Source: Candidatus Beckwithbacteria bacterium
GTDB taxonomy: Bacteria > Patescibacteriota > Microgenomatia > UBA1400 > CG1-02-47-37
Reading direction: 5' to 3'
Length of the DNA: 64,000 nt
Assembly: GCA_043803225.1 (NCBI GenBank)
Contig: JAZDKF010000026.1
Coordinates: 2,250-66,249, forward strand
The translations under genes were made by a program, and so were the position numbers. Below are positions 18,348 through 27,704 of the stretch, in pieces. The notes beneath the pieces were generated by a model that saw only the letters and a program-made list of their open reading frames with translations, was not told where the DNA came from and made no database searches. Position 1 is the first letter of the stretch. Each line of letters begins with the position of its first letter.

Positions 18348-19365
18348 ACTTTTGAATCTCAAAAATCAGGCATTGGCTTTAATCGATCAAGCCGAAGATA
18401 AGCGTGAGCTGGATCGTTTAAAACTCGATTTATTGGGCCGCCAGGGACAAATCAACCAGATTTTAAAAGACATTCCTAAGCTCGAACCAGAACAGAAACA
18501 AAAACTTGGCCGTTTGGCCAACGAAATCAAAAACACTATTACTCAAGCAATCAATATTAAAGCTCAAGCCTTAAGTCATGCCCCTCAAATAGACTGGCTC
18601 GATGTTACCGCCCCTGGCAAAAACTTTCCTCTAGGCCATCTCCATCCTATTTCTCAAGCGATTAAAGAAATTACTCAAATCTTTACCCAAATTGGCTTTA
18701 CCCGAGTTCGTTATCCGGAAGTAGATTGGGAGTGGTATGTTTTTGAAGCTTTAAATATGCCTGCCAACCACCCGGCCCGGGATGAATGGGAAACCATTTT
18801 TATTGACCAACCTCCTAATTCTAAGCTTGGCCAAATGGTCTTAACCACCCACACTTCCAATGGCCAAGTCCGGGAAATGAAACGAGTTAAACAGCCGCCG
18901 ATCAGAATGCTTAATTTAGGCAAGTGCTACCGCCGCCAGCAAGATGCCACTCATTGCATTATGTTCCACCAGTTTGAAGGTTTAGTCGTTGACAAAAACA
19001 TCAGCATTCCCCACCTTAAAGGTACTCTTGATTACTTTGGCTCCCAGTTTTACGGTCCTAAGATTAAATCCAGAATCCGGCCTTTCCACTTTCAATTTAC
19101 CGAACCATCTTTTGAAGTTGACTTTACCTGCACCAGCTGCAAAGGCAAAGGCTGCCGCTTCTGCAAATCAGGCTGGGTTGAAGTTGGCGGTGCCGGCATG
19201 GTTCATCCGGATGTTTTAACCGCTGGGGAAATTGATCCAAAAGTTTATTCAGGTTTTGCCTTCGGTTGGGGAGTCGAACGGGTCTTACGCCTTAAACCAG
19301 GTTTAAATATTGATGACATCCGTCTGCTTTATTCATCCAATTTAGAATTTTTAAATCAATTTTAA
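18337..19365 (+). CDS. pheS: Phenylalanyl-tRNA synthetase alpha subunit
   Basis: HPARD, FHQFEG, FQFTEPSFE, GFAFGWGVER. Confidence 0.96.
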   Translation: MESKLLNLKNQALALIDQAEDKRELDRLKLDLLGRQGQINQILKDIPKLEPEQKQKLGRLANEIKNTITQAINIKAQALSHAPQIDWLDVTAPGKNFPLGHLHPISQAIKEITQIFTQIGFTRVRYPEVDWEWYVFEALNMPANHPARDEWETIFIDQPPNSKLGQMVLTTHTSNGQVREMKRVKQPPIRMLNLGKCYRRQQDATHCIMFHQFEGLVVDKNISIPHLKGTLDYFGSQFYGPKIKSRIRPFHFQFTEPSFEVDFTCTSCKGKGCRFCKSGWVEVGGAGMVHPDVLTAGEIDPKVYSGFAFGWGVERVLRLKPGLNIDDIRLLYSSNLEFLNQF

Positions 19366-19367
19366 CT

Positions 19368-21305
19368 ATGAATTTAAAGTTTACCCATTCCTGGCTTTCC
19401 GACTTTCTTTCTACCGATGCCTCTCCTAAACAAATAGCTGAGTGTCTGTCTCTTTGCGGTCCTTCAGTCGAAAAACTTACTCAAATAAAAAATGATTATC
19501 TTTATGAACTGGAAGTGACTACCAACCGTATCGACATGATGAGCGTCTTCGGTATTGCCCGTGAAGCCATGGCTATTCTTCCTCAGTTTGGCTTTAAAGC
19601 CAAACTCTTTCTGCCTGAACTAGCCAAACTAAACTCTCTTAAAAAATCCTTACCGATTAAAATTATTGATAAACAGTCCGCCTGCCGCCGGATTTTAGCT
19701 ATTGTTCTAGATAATGTATCGGTTAAACCCTCATCGCCAAAAATTAAAGCTCGATTAGAAGCCGCCGGAATCCGCTCATTGAATAATCTGGTTGATGTCA
19801 CTAACTATGTCATGACTGAAATCGGTCATCCGACTCATGTTTTTGACTATGACCGACTTCAAACCAAAACTTTAGTCCTCCGTTACTCCCAAAAAGGCGA
19901 GAAAATCACTTCCCTTGAAAATAAAACCTATGCCTTGCCCGGCGATGACATAGTGATTGACGATGGTACCGGCCGGATTATCGACCTTCCCGGGATTATC
20001 GGTACCAGCAATAGTGTTGTAACTGATTCCACTAAAAGAATTTTATTCTTTCTGGAAACTAATGATGCTGTCAAAATCAGACGAACCTCAATGAACTTAG
20101 GCATCCGGACTCTTGCCGCTACTTATAATGAAAAGTGGGTTGATCCGGAAACCGCTCTAACCGCTTTAAAACGGGGAATTCATCTATTCCAAACTTTGGC
20201 TAATGCCCGGATTGCATCGTCGATAATCGATCTTTATCCCCAGCCAATCAAGCCTAAATCTGTCTCAGTTTCTCAACAACTAATCTCAAACCGGTTAGGC
20301 ATTGACTTAACTTCAATCCAGATAATAAATATTCTTAACTCTTTAGGCTTTGAGGTCAATTGCCAACCAAAAACTAAACTTTATTTAATTAAAGTACCGG
20401 CTAATCGGGAAAAAGACATCAACCTTCCTGAAGATATTATTGAAGAAGTTGCCCGGATTTATGGCTATCACCGCCTTCCCAGCTTTATCATGCCCACCGC
20501 TATTCCGACTAACTATCCGGCCACGGATTTCAACCTCGAATACCAACTTAAAACCTGGCTGGCTGGAATTGGGCTAAATGAACTTTATACTAACTCCTTA
20601 ATTTCTGAAACCCTGGCTCTTCAATCAGGCTATAAACTATCACAACACTTAAAAATAAAAAACGCCCTTTCAACCGATTGGCTTTATCTTCGCCGATCAT
20701 TGATTCCCTCCCATCAGCAAGCCTTAAATTCTCATCAACCCACCGACTTTCTGGGATTTTTCGAAATCGCCAATATTTATCAACCTCAAACAAACAAACT
20801 TCCTCTTGAAACTCTTCAATTAATTATTAGTTCAAATAAATCTTACTCTGTTCTCAAAGGCATCCTGGACTTTTTATTTAATAAACTTCATCTTGAAGTT
20901 GAGTTTAAACCCGAAGGAGAAAAAGCCCTTATCTATTACCGCCTGATTTTATTGGGCTCTGTCAACCAAGAGGCTGCTGTTTTGAACCTGGAACCCCTTC
21001 TTGCCTCAGCTAACATCTATCCAACTTATAAACCTGTCTCAGATTTTCCCCCGATTTTCGAAGACCTCACCTTTACTTTGCCTTTAAAAACTTATCTGGG
21101 TTCGGTAATTAAAGCGATTAAATCAGTTCATTCCTTAATTAAAACCGTTAATCTTAACCAGATCTACCATCAAAATTTTACTTTTAATCTCACTTATCAA
21201 TCTCTTGTAAAACCTTTAACCGATCAGAAAATTTCTCCCATCCGCCAAAAAATCGTTACTCTTTTATCCAAACAATTCAAAGCCAAACTCGTCGGCAAAA
21301 TCTAA
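19368..21305 (+). CDS. pheT: Phenylalanyl-tRNA synthetase beta subunit (short form)
   Basis: VTTNRID, NNLVDVTNYVM, DIIEEVARIYGY. Confidence 0.93.
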   Translation: MNLKFTHSWLSDFLSTDASPKQIAECLSLCGPSVEKLTQIKNDYLYELEVTTNRIDMMSVFGIAREAMAILPQFGFKAKLFLPELAKLNSLKKSLPIKIIDKQSACRRILAIVLDNVSVKPSSPKIKARLEAAGIRSLNNLVDVTNYVMTEIGHPTHVFDYDRLQTKTLVLRYSQKGEKITSLENKTYALPGDDIVIDDGTGRIIDLPGIIGTSNSVVTDSTKRILFFLETNDAVKIRRTSMNLGIRTLAATYNEKWVDPETALTALKRGIHLFQTLANARIASSIIDLYPQPIKPKSVSVSQQLISNRLGIDLTSIQIINILNSLGFEVNCQPKTKLYLIKVPANREKDINLPEDIIEEVARIYGYHRLPSFIMPTAIPTNYPATDFNLEYQLKTWLAGIGLNELYTNSLISETLALQSGYKLSQHLKIKNALSTDWLYLRRSLIPSHQQALNSHQPTDFLGFFEIANIYQPQTNKLPLETLQLIISSNKSYSVLKGILDFLFNKLHLEVEFKPEGEKALIYYRLILLGSVNQEAAVLNLEPLLASANIYPTYKPVSDFPPIFEDLTFTLPLKTYLGSVIKAIKSVHSLIKTVNLNQIYHQNFTFNLTYQSLVKPLTDQKISPIRQKIVTLLSKQFKAKLVGKI

Positions 21306-23920
21306 GGAGACGGTGATGGGGAAATTAACGGAGAAGGGGAAGGCGATGGTGACGGCGACGGACTTGGCGCCCAATCCCAGACTTGATTCATTCCGATCCT
21401 TATTTCCCGTTCACCCGAATTTCCGGTTTCATCTTCAGCCCGAACCTTTAAAGTATAACTACCTGTACCTAAAGGCTGGGTATATTCATAAGGCTTTTGG
21501 GTTAATTCTTTCTTCTTGACTCCGTCAACAAAAAACTCAACTTTCTTTATCACTTTGTTAGCCGTAATTTTAGCGCTGAATTCAAACTCATCATTGTCAA
21601 TCTGGCTTTTATCTCCCGGACTGGTAATTTCTACATATACTTCATTTGATTCCCCGCAGTATTCCCGAGGATATTTGTATTTACTGTCGCTTTGTTCATT
21701 AATCCAGGCATCAATGCCCTCCTGCCATCGATTCCGGCTGCCTCCGGCCGGATCATCAGCCTTAAGCACCACGAATTCCTTTTCATCATAATCACCCTTA
21801 GCTACCAATGTCACTGAAGCCAGTTTATCCTGGCCTTTACACAGTTTTAACTTAGTATGAATCGGGTCAGCTGTCGACGGCTCCGTGCCTTTAATATAAA
21901 ACTCACTTCTGGACGGCCAGCTGTCATGAGCCGGATAGCCGGAAATTATATCCACATCCAAACTAATTATTCCTTTCGGTACCGCCCAGTCTTGAATTGG
22001 TTGTTTTACCAAAGCTTCTAAAATTATCCTTCTCCAGATCGGCGAGGCTCCGGAAATACCGGAAGCGACTGTTTTCATCGGTGTGTTATCATTATTGCCT
22101 ACCCAAGTCCCGACAATAATCCCCGGCGTCCAGCCAATTGCCCAGTTGTCCCGTTGGTCATTAGTGGTGCCGGTTTTAACTGCCACTGACCGGCCGGAAA
22201 TATTCAACAAGCTATTTACTCCAAAAGTAATCAATCTGGCATTGTTATCCGCTAAAATATCTGAGATTAAAAACGCTTCTTCTTCAGACAGTACCCGTTG
22301 TCTGGTCATTGATCTAGACTCTTCCAATACTTTGCCATCAGCATCTTCAACTTTTAAAATGCTGATCGGCTCCACTTTCAAACCAGTGTTGGCAAAAGCA
22401 CTGTAAGCCGATACCATATCGATTAGTTTGACTTCGCCTCCGCCTAAAGTCACTGACAAGCCAAACCGGTTCACATTTTCCTGGGTAGGCTCTAAAGTCG
22501 TTAAACCCATCTGATAAGCCGTACTCAGCATATCTTTTACTCCCACCAACTGCAGCAATTTTACTGCCGGAATGTTTAACGAACTGCCTAAAGCATACCT
22601 TAACTGCACCGGACCATGAAACTTGCCGTCATAGTTCTTTGGTTTATACTCAGGCAAATTCACTCCTCCGGGAAACTCAGTTAACACATCAGCCAACATG
22701 GTCGCCGGTGAATATCCTTCCTTAAAAGCCGTCACATAAGTTATTGGTTTAATCGCTGACCCAGGTTGTCGCAGCGATAAAGTCACATTGACCTTGCCGT
22801 CATAATCTTCTGCCGAATAGTTTTTAGATCCGACCATGGTTAAGATCTCTCCTGTTTGCGGATCCACTACTAAAGCCGCTCCGTTAGTAATCTGGATCGA
22901 CTCTACTTTAGCAATCTCCTCAGTCACTATTTCCTGGGCTTTTTCCTGCAGCTCCCAATCCAGAGTCGTCGTCACCCTTAAGCCTCCTTGTTCTACCAGT
23001 CTTTCCCCATATCTGTCAATTAATTTCTGTTTTACATACATCACAAAGTGCGGCGCTTTAAAACTCGAGCCTTCGGCCGCAAACTGAACTGTTTCCAGAT
23101 CGGCTATCGCCTGTTTCTCCTGATCCTTGACTATATAGCCATCTTCCCGCATCCGCCTTAAGACTGCTTCGGTTCGATCTTTATAAGCTTGACTGTCAGT
23201 CCCAAAAGGCGAGTAAAGGCTGGGCGCTTGGGGCAATCCGGCTAAAATCGCTGACTCAACTAAATTTAATTCACTCACTTTTTTGCCAAAATATGTTTCT
23301 GCCGCCGCCTCTACTCCCCAGGCAGTCCCGCCGTAAGGAGACTCGTTTAAATACATTTGTAAAATTTCATCTTTAGTATACTTTTTCTCTATCTGAACCG
23401 ACAGCACAAACTCTTTAATCTTCCGGCTGACTGCCCGCTGCTGAGTTAATAAAGTATTTTTTACCAACTGCTGGGTTAAAGTTGATCCGCCGGCTAAACG
23501 TTTGAACCTGAACACGGTATTAAACATTGCCCTGACCCAGCCTAACGGATCAAATCCCTGATGAGAATAGAAATTCTTATCTTCAATCGCAATCGTTGCC
23601 TGTCTTAAAGTTTCCGGGATTTGGTTTAACTCAACCGGAGTTCTGCGTTGATCAGCAAACACATCGTAAAGCAATTCGCCGTTCCGGTCAAAAATCTTGG
23701 TGGAAAATCCTTCACGTCTCACCACTTGATCCGGTCGGGGTAAATCTCGGGAATACCAGGCAAAAGCAATTACCCCAAACAAGCTCATGAATAACAATCC
23801 AAAAAAAGCCACTACTGCCAGTAAACGGATTAAATCCGCCCTGGATCTCACTCGATATTTACTGGAAAATTCTTTTAGTTTGTAAACGCGTCTCCGCCAA
23901 GTTCTTTGCCAATTTGCCAT
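21302..23920 (-). CDS. Class A penicillin-binding protein (PBP1A) with C-terminal Ig-like domain and Ser-Pro tail
   Basis: AIEDKNFYSH, GGSTLTQQLVKN, RQPGSAIKP, SLN, KTGT. Confidence 0.94.
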   Translation of the reverse strand: MANWQRTWRRRVYKLKEFSSKYRVRSRADLIRLLAVVAFFGLLFMSLFGVIAFAWYSRDLPRPDQVVRREGFSTKIFDRNGELLYDVFADQRRTPVELNQIPETLRQATIAIEDKNFYSHQGFDPLGWVRAMFNTVFRFKRLAGGSTLTQQLVKNTLLTQQRAVSRKIKEFVLSVQIEKKYTKDEILQMYLNESPYGGTAWGVEAAAETYFGKKVSELNLVESAILAGLPQAPSLYSPFGTDSQAYKDRTEAVLRRMREDGYIVKDQEKQAIADLETVQFAAEGSSFKAPHFVMYVKQKLIDRYGERLVEQGGLRVTTTLDWELQEKAQEIVTEEIAKVESIQITNGAALVVDPQTGEILTMVGSKNYSAEDYDGKVNVTLSLRQPGSAIKPITYVTAFKEGYSPATMLADVLTEFPGGVNLPEYKPKNYDGKFHGPVQLRYALGSSLNIPAVKLLQLVGVKDMLSTAYQMGLTTLEPTQENVNRFGLSVTLGGGEVKLIDMVSAYSAFANTGLKVEPISILKVEDADGKVLEESRSMTRQRVLSEEEAFLISDILADNNARLITFGVNSLLNISGRSVAVKTGTTNDQRDNWAIGWTPGIIVGTWVGNNDNTPMKTVASGISGASPIWRRIILEALVKQPIQDWAVPKGIISLDVDIISGYPAHDSWPSRSEFYIKGTEPSTADPIHTKLKLCKGQDKLASVTLVAKGDYDEKEFVVLKADDPAGGSRNRWQEGIDAWINEQSDSKYKYPREYCGESNEVYVEITSPGDKSQIDNDEFEFSAKITANKVIKKVEFFVDGVKKKELTQKPYEYTQPLGTGSYTLKVRAEDETGNSGEREIRIGMNQVWDWAPSPSPSPSPSPSPLISPSPSP

Positions 23921-23946
23921 AAATATAATATACTGCATTTCAACTT

Positions 23947-24561
23947 ATGAACAAAGAACATAAATTGGATCTTCTTTTAGCTACCTATATTACCGCCATT
24001 GTTGCAGCTGAACTCTTAGGTAGCAAAATTTTTCAAGTCAGTTTTATAAAAGCCTCTGTCGGTATCTTTGTTTTGCCGATTACTTTTACTATCAATGACA
24101 TCGTTACTGAAGTATATGGGAAAAAAAGAGCCAGAAGTTTCATCAAAGCCGGCCTCTATGTTCTAATCGGCTTAGCTGGCTATACTTTAATTTCGATTAA
24201 ACTCCCTCCAGCTAACAGATTTTTACCCTTTCACTCTGCCTATATTGAAATTTTCTCCAAATCTTTACGTATTACCCTTGCCAGCATCACTGCTTTCTTT
24301 TTAAGTGAACGCTTAGACGTCTATATCTTTTCTAAAATCCGTCAGCGTCTCGGCAAAAAGAAACTTTGGTTAAGAAATAACCTCTCAAACTTTCTCGGCC
24401 AACTCTTTGACACGGTTGTATTTATGTTTCTCGCCTTTTACTCAATTGGCAGTTTTAACTTTATTCTGGCTCTCATTTGGCCTTACTGGCTGCTAAAGTG
24501 TACTATGTCAATCATTGAAACTCCGTTTACCTACTTAGGTGTTAAGTGGCTCAAAAAATGA
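23947..24561 (+). CDS. yhhQ: Queuosine precursor transporter (YhhQ/VUT family)
   Basis: DIVTEVYG, RITLASITAFFLSE, WLRNNLS..GQLFDT. Confidence 0.88.
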   Translation: MNKEHKLDLLLATYITAIVAAELLGSKIFQVSFIKASVGIFVLPITFTINDIVTEVYGKKRARSFIKAGLYVLIGLAGYTLISIKLPPANRFLPFHSAYIEIFSKSLRITLASITAFFLSERLDVYIFSKIRQRLGKKKLWLRNNLSNFLGQLFDTVVFMFLAFYSIGSFNFILALIWPYWLLKCTMSIIETPFTYLGVKWLKK

Positions 24562-25304
24562 ACTTAAATTCAATAAAAACCTCGCTGGTTAAACCCAAAG
24601 ACGACCTATTCCTGCTTATTAAACGTTCGATTAAATCTATTCCGGAAAACTCAGTTCTGGCGATAACTTCAAAAATCTTTTCTTACTCCCAAAACCGCCT
24701 GGTAAAGAAAATTACCGCAGAAAAGAGCGAAAAACACAACCTGGTTAGGCAGGAAGCTGATTTCTATTTAGATCCTAGCCTGTCCCAATACGATACCATG
24801 TTAACCATAAAAAACAATATTTTAGCTGTCAATGCCGGTATTGATGAGTCAAACGCCGCTAATTTTTATTTGTTGTGGCCTAAAAACCTTCAATCAGCTA
24901 CCAATCAACTCTGGATCAAACTGCGTCGTTATTATCAGCTTAAAAATTTTGGTTTGATTATCACCGACAGTAAAACCACGCCTTTAAAATGGGGCGTTAC
25001 CGGCACCTGTATTGCCCATTGCGGCTTTGCCGCTCTAAATGACTATCGCGGCCGGCCTGACTTGTTTGGCCGCAAAATGAAAATGACTCAGGTTAATGTT
25101 GCCGAAGCCTTAGCCGTTGTTGCTGTTTATGAGATGGGGGAGACTAATCAATCAACCCCGCTTTGTCTGATACAAAGTATTCCCTTTATTAAATTTTCCT
25201 CTCAGCCGCCGACCAAAAAAGAACTGTTCTCTTTAAAAATTTCTCTTGAAGACGACGTTTACGCTCCGCTTTTAACATCAGTCAGCTGGAAAAATACTCG
25301 TTGA
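24558..25304 (+). CDS. CofE-like (F420-0:gamma-glutamyl ligase family) protein
   Basis: TSKI, NAGIDESN, IITDS, DYRGRPDLFGR motifs. Confidence 0.85.
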   Translation: MNLNSIKTSLVKPKDDLFLLIKRSIKSIPENSVLAITSKIFSYSQNRLVKKITAEKSEKHNLVRQEADFYLDPSLSQYDTMLTIKNNILAVNAGIDESNAANFYLLWPKNLQSATNQLWIKLRRYYQLKNFGLIITDSKTTPLKWGVTGTCIAHCGFAALNDYRGRPDLFGRKMKMTQVNVAEALAVVAVYEMGETNQSTPLCLIQSIPFIKFSSQPPTKKELFSLKISLEDDVYAPLLTSVSWKNTR

Positions 25305-25329
25305 AAAATATCAAAACCTGTGGTATAAT
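25301..25329 (+). promoter_or_regulatory. Sigma70 promoter of the T-box leader
   Basis: TTGAAA-17nt-TATAAT with TG extension. Confidence 0.75.
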
Positions 25330-25350
25330 CAGGCTTATTGAAAATTTAAC

Positions 25351-25597
25351 AAAGCGTTAAAAGGAGAACTTTTACACTCCGTCAGCAGAACCGACAAAAT
25401 CGGTTACGGGAGTTCCCGTTACAGAACTAGCGTGTGTCACATTAGCAACCGAGCACGTCAACATGAAGAATTAATTCATTGGTTGACCCGCACTCTTGCG
25501 GGTTTTTATATGGATTAGTTGAATCAAGGTGGTACCGTCTTCTTCCTTGAAGACCCTTGAATGTTCCAATTATTTTGGGATATTCAAGGGTTTTTTA
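25351..25597 (+). promoter_or_regulatory. T-box riboswitch, predicted Tyr (TAC) specifier
   Basis: AATCAAGGTGGTACCGTC T-box; antiterminator 3' strand GACCCTTGA; overlapping terminator plus T6; F-box CCGTTA in an AGTTC/GAACT stem; tyrS downstream. Confidence 0.85.
25554..25596 (+). terminator. T-box intrinsic terminator
   Basis: CCCTTGAATGTTCC/GGGATATTCAAGGG followed by TTTTTT. Confidence 0.85.
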
Positions 25598-25613
25598 TTA
25601 ACAAATTATCAAA

Positions 25614-25736
25614 CTGCCAAGGGTCGCCTTAGGCGACGACTGGTCACGCCGGGACCAATTTTATTAATTAAATTTTAATTTTATTCCGAGCGCTAAAATC
25701 ACCAGTCGGTCGAATTAATCCTCGACCTCTTGGCAG
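25614..25736 (+). ncRNA. Unassigned four-way-junction structured element
   Basis: CTGCCAAG/CTTGGCAG closing stem enclosing GTCGCC/GGCGAC, GACTGGT/ACCAGTC and GGTCGA/TCGACC. Confidence 0.55.
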
Positions 25737-25764
25737 AAAATAATTTATTAATTAAGGAAAAAAT

Positions 25765-26697
25765 ATGACTTTACCTGAAACTCCAAATCAAGTTGGTGAA
25801 GAATTCGCTGCCGGATTAAGGGAAAGTAGCGGTTATGATCAAACTCAAATCCTGATTGAAACAGAAGGAATTACCTCTGAAGTTTTAAACCGAACCCCGC
25901 CGGTGGGATTAAATCTGCGTTTATTAGTTGAAATGCCCATCATGAACGAACTTAAGAAAGAGTTTAAGGAACGGCCAATTCTTGCGGCTATTTTAGGAAT
26001 TGCTATCCCTGACGGAGTTCCGGACTTTCAGCTCTTCTTAAAAACTGCTTTTAATAGTTGCTGGAGTAGTCTTTTTGTCCTGGATATCGATTCTGTTATC
26101 CTTGATGAAGTCAATAGACTGGAACTTCCTGGAGTTATTACTAGAGAAACTGATGCCCGTTTAACTCAAATAGAAACAGATACTTTAGATATAGTTCTTA
26201 TGGACCACCTGGGAAATTGTTGCCCTCCTGTAATTGATAGGCAAATTCAGCAAGAAGCCCATAGAATCCTCAGACCAGGAGGAATAGCTATCGTTAACAT
26301 CACAACATCCGAACTACTTAATCTATCACTGGGAAGAAAAAAACTTCCCTTTAGCCAAGTTAGAGATATCATGGGGAATGACGGAATAAAATCCCTGCAA
26401 ACAGAAATTTATGACTTAGCCCAGTTAAACAGAAAATTTAATACTAATTTTGATTTTATTTTGAGAGGACCTATTCTGGAAATTGAACAGGATTGTCCGG
26501 AGAGCGTGGTAATTTTTGGGGAAAATGAAATCGGTCATGGGGAATGGTTCCGACCGTTAAACGATCATCTGAAGCAATGGAAAACTACATGGGATTGGGA
26601 TTTTGATATCTTAGAAATTAAATCTAGGGAAGGGAATGATAGTCATAACCCGCCATTAAGATGTTTTCGTCATAATATTGTTTTAAGAAAAATATGA
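25765..26697 (+). CDS. Class I SAM-dependent methyltransferase-like protein
   Basis: VLDID, TDAR, LDIVLMD, EAHRILRPGGIAIV; motif I degenerate. Confidence 0.65.
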   Translation: MTLPETPNQVGEEFAAGLRESSGYDQTQILIETEGITSEVLNRTPPVGLNLRLLVEMPIMNELKKEFKERPILAAILGIAIPDGVPDFQLFLKTAFNSCWSSLFVLDIDSVILDEVNRLELPGVITRETDARLTQIETDTLDIVLMDHLGNCCPPVIDRQIQQEAHRILRPGGIAIVNITTSELLNLSLGRKKLPFSQVRDIMGNDGIKSLQTEIYDLAQLNRKFNTNFDFILRGPILEIEQDCPESVVIFGENEIGHGEWFRPLNDHLKQWKTTWDWDFDILEIKSREGNDSHNPPLRCFRHNIVLRKI

Positions 26698-27695
26698 TCA
26701 ATCTTCAACCTTTAATTACCCCAATAATTTTATCTACTACTATGGCTCAAAAAAATCCGGAGCAAGGTGGTTACGGCCGCGTAGATAACCCTACTAGATT
26801 AGCTCTCGAAAAAAAATTAGCTAAACTTGAAAAAGCCAGATTTGCTCTGGCATTTTCCTCAGGATCTGCCGCAATTACTAATATTTTAGCAATATTAAAA
26901 TCTGGAGACGAAATTATTTGCCACCAAGAAGTTTATGAAGGCACTTTAAGGCTCTTGACAAAGGTTTTTTCTAAATTTGGCGTAAAAGTTAAATTAACCG
27001 ACATTTGTAAATTAAAATCGGTTGGTAATAAAACAAGAATAATTTGGTTCGAAAATATTACTAATCCAACCCTACAAATTCTTGATGTTAAACAAATCTG
27101 CCGAAAACTTAAACAAAAAAAATTACTATTTGTCGTTGACAACACCTTTGCCACGCCCGTTTTCCAAAATCCACTCTTATCAGGTGCTGACATTGTTATT
27201 CATAGTTTAACTAAATTTATTAATGGCCATCATGATGTTACTGCCGGAGCCATCATGTTAAACAACAGAAAATTATTTGATCAACTAAAATTTTTACAAC
27301 ATACTGTCGGCGCTATACCATCTCCCTTTGATTGCTTCTTAATTCAAAGAAGTTTGGAAACCTTAATTATCAGAATGAAACAGCATCAAGCCAATGCTCA
27401 AAAAGTTACTGATTTTTTAAAAACCGACTCTCATATTTTCAGAATTTCTTTTCCTGGATTTTCCGGAGTTGTCTCCTTTTGGATAAAAGGCGGAAAGCAA
27501 AAAACCCTGAAATTTCTCGCCAGACTAAAACATATTAAAATCGCCCATAGTCTTGGTGGAACTGAATCAACCATTTTACATCCTGCCTCAATGATGAATC
27601 TATCTGTTCCCATGGAGGATAACTTAGTCCGGCTTTCTGTTGGTTTAGAAGATTCAAATCTAATCATTAATGACTTAAAGCTGGCTTTGCGCTAA
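26694..27695 (+). CDS. Cys/Met metabolism PLP enzyme (cystathionine gamma-synthase/lyase family)
   Basis: YGRVDNPT, FSSGSAA, ENITNP, VDNTFATP, HSLTKFINGH, SLGGTES, RLSVGLED. Confidence 0.92.
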   Translation: MINLQPLITPIILSTTMAQKNPEQGGYGRVDNPTRLALEKKLAKLEKARFALAFSSGSAAITNILAILKSGDEIICHQEVYEGTLRLLTKVFSKFGVKVKLTDICKLKSVGNKTRIIWFENITNPTLQILDVKQICRKLKQKKLLFVVDNTFATPVFQNPLLSGADIVIHSLTKFINGHHDVTAGAIMLNNRKLFDQLKFLQHTVGAIPSPFDCFLIQRSLETLIIRMKQHQANAQKVTDFLKTDSHIFRISFPGFSGVVSFWIKGGKQKTLKFLARLKHIKIAHSLGGTESTILHPASMMNLSVPMEDNLVRLSVGLEDSNLIINDLKLALR

Positions 27696-27704
27696 AATAA
27701 ATTT

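Noticed and set aside
21305-21370. GGNGAN tandem repeats here and at 36440-36470
   Set aside because: They encode Ser-Pro low-complexity tails with varied synonymous codons; not a DNA repeat element
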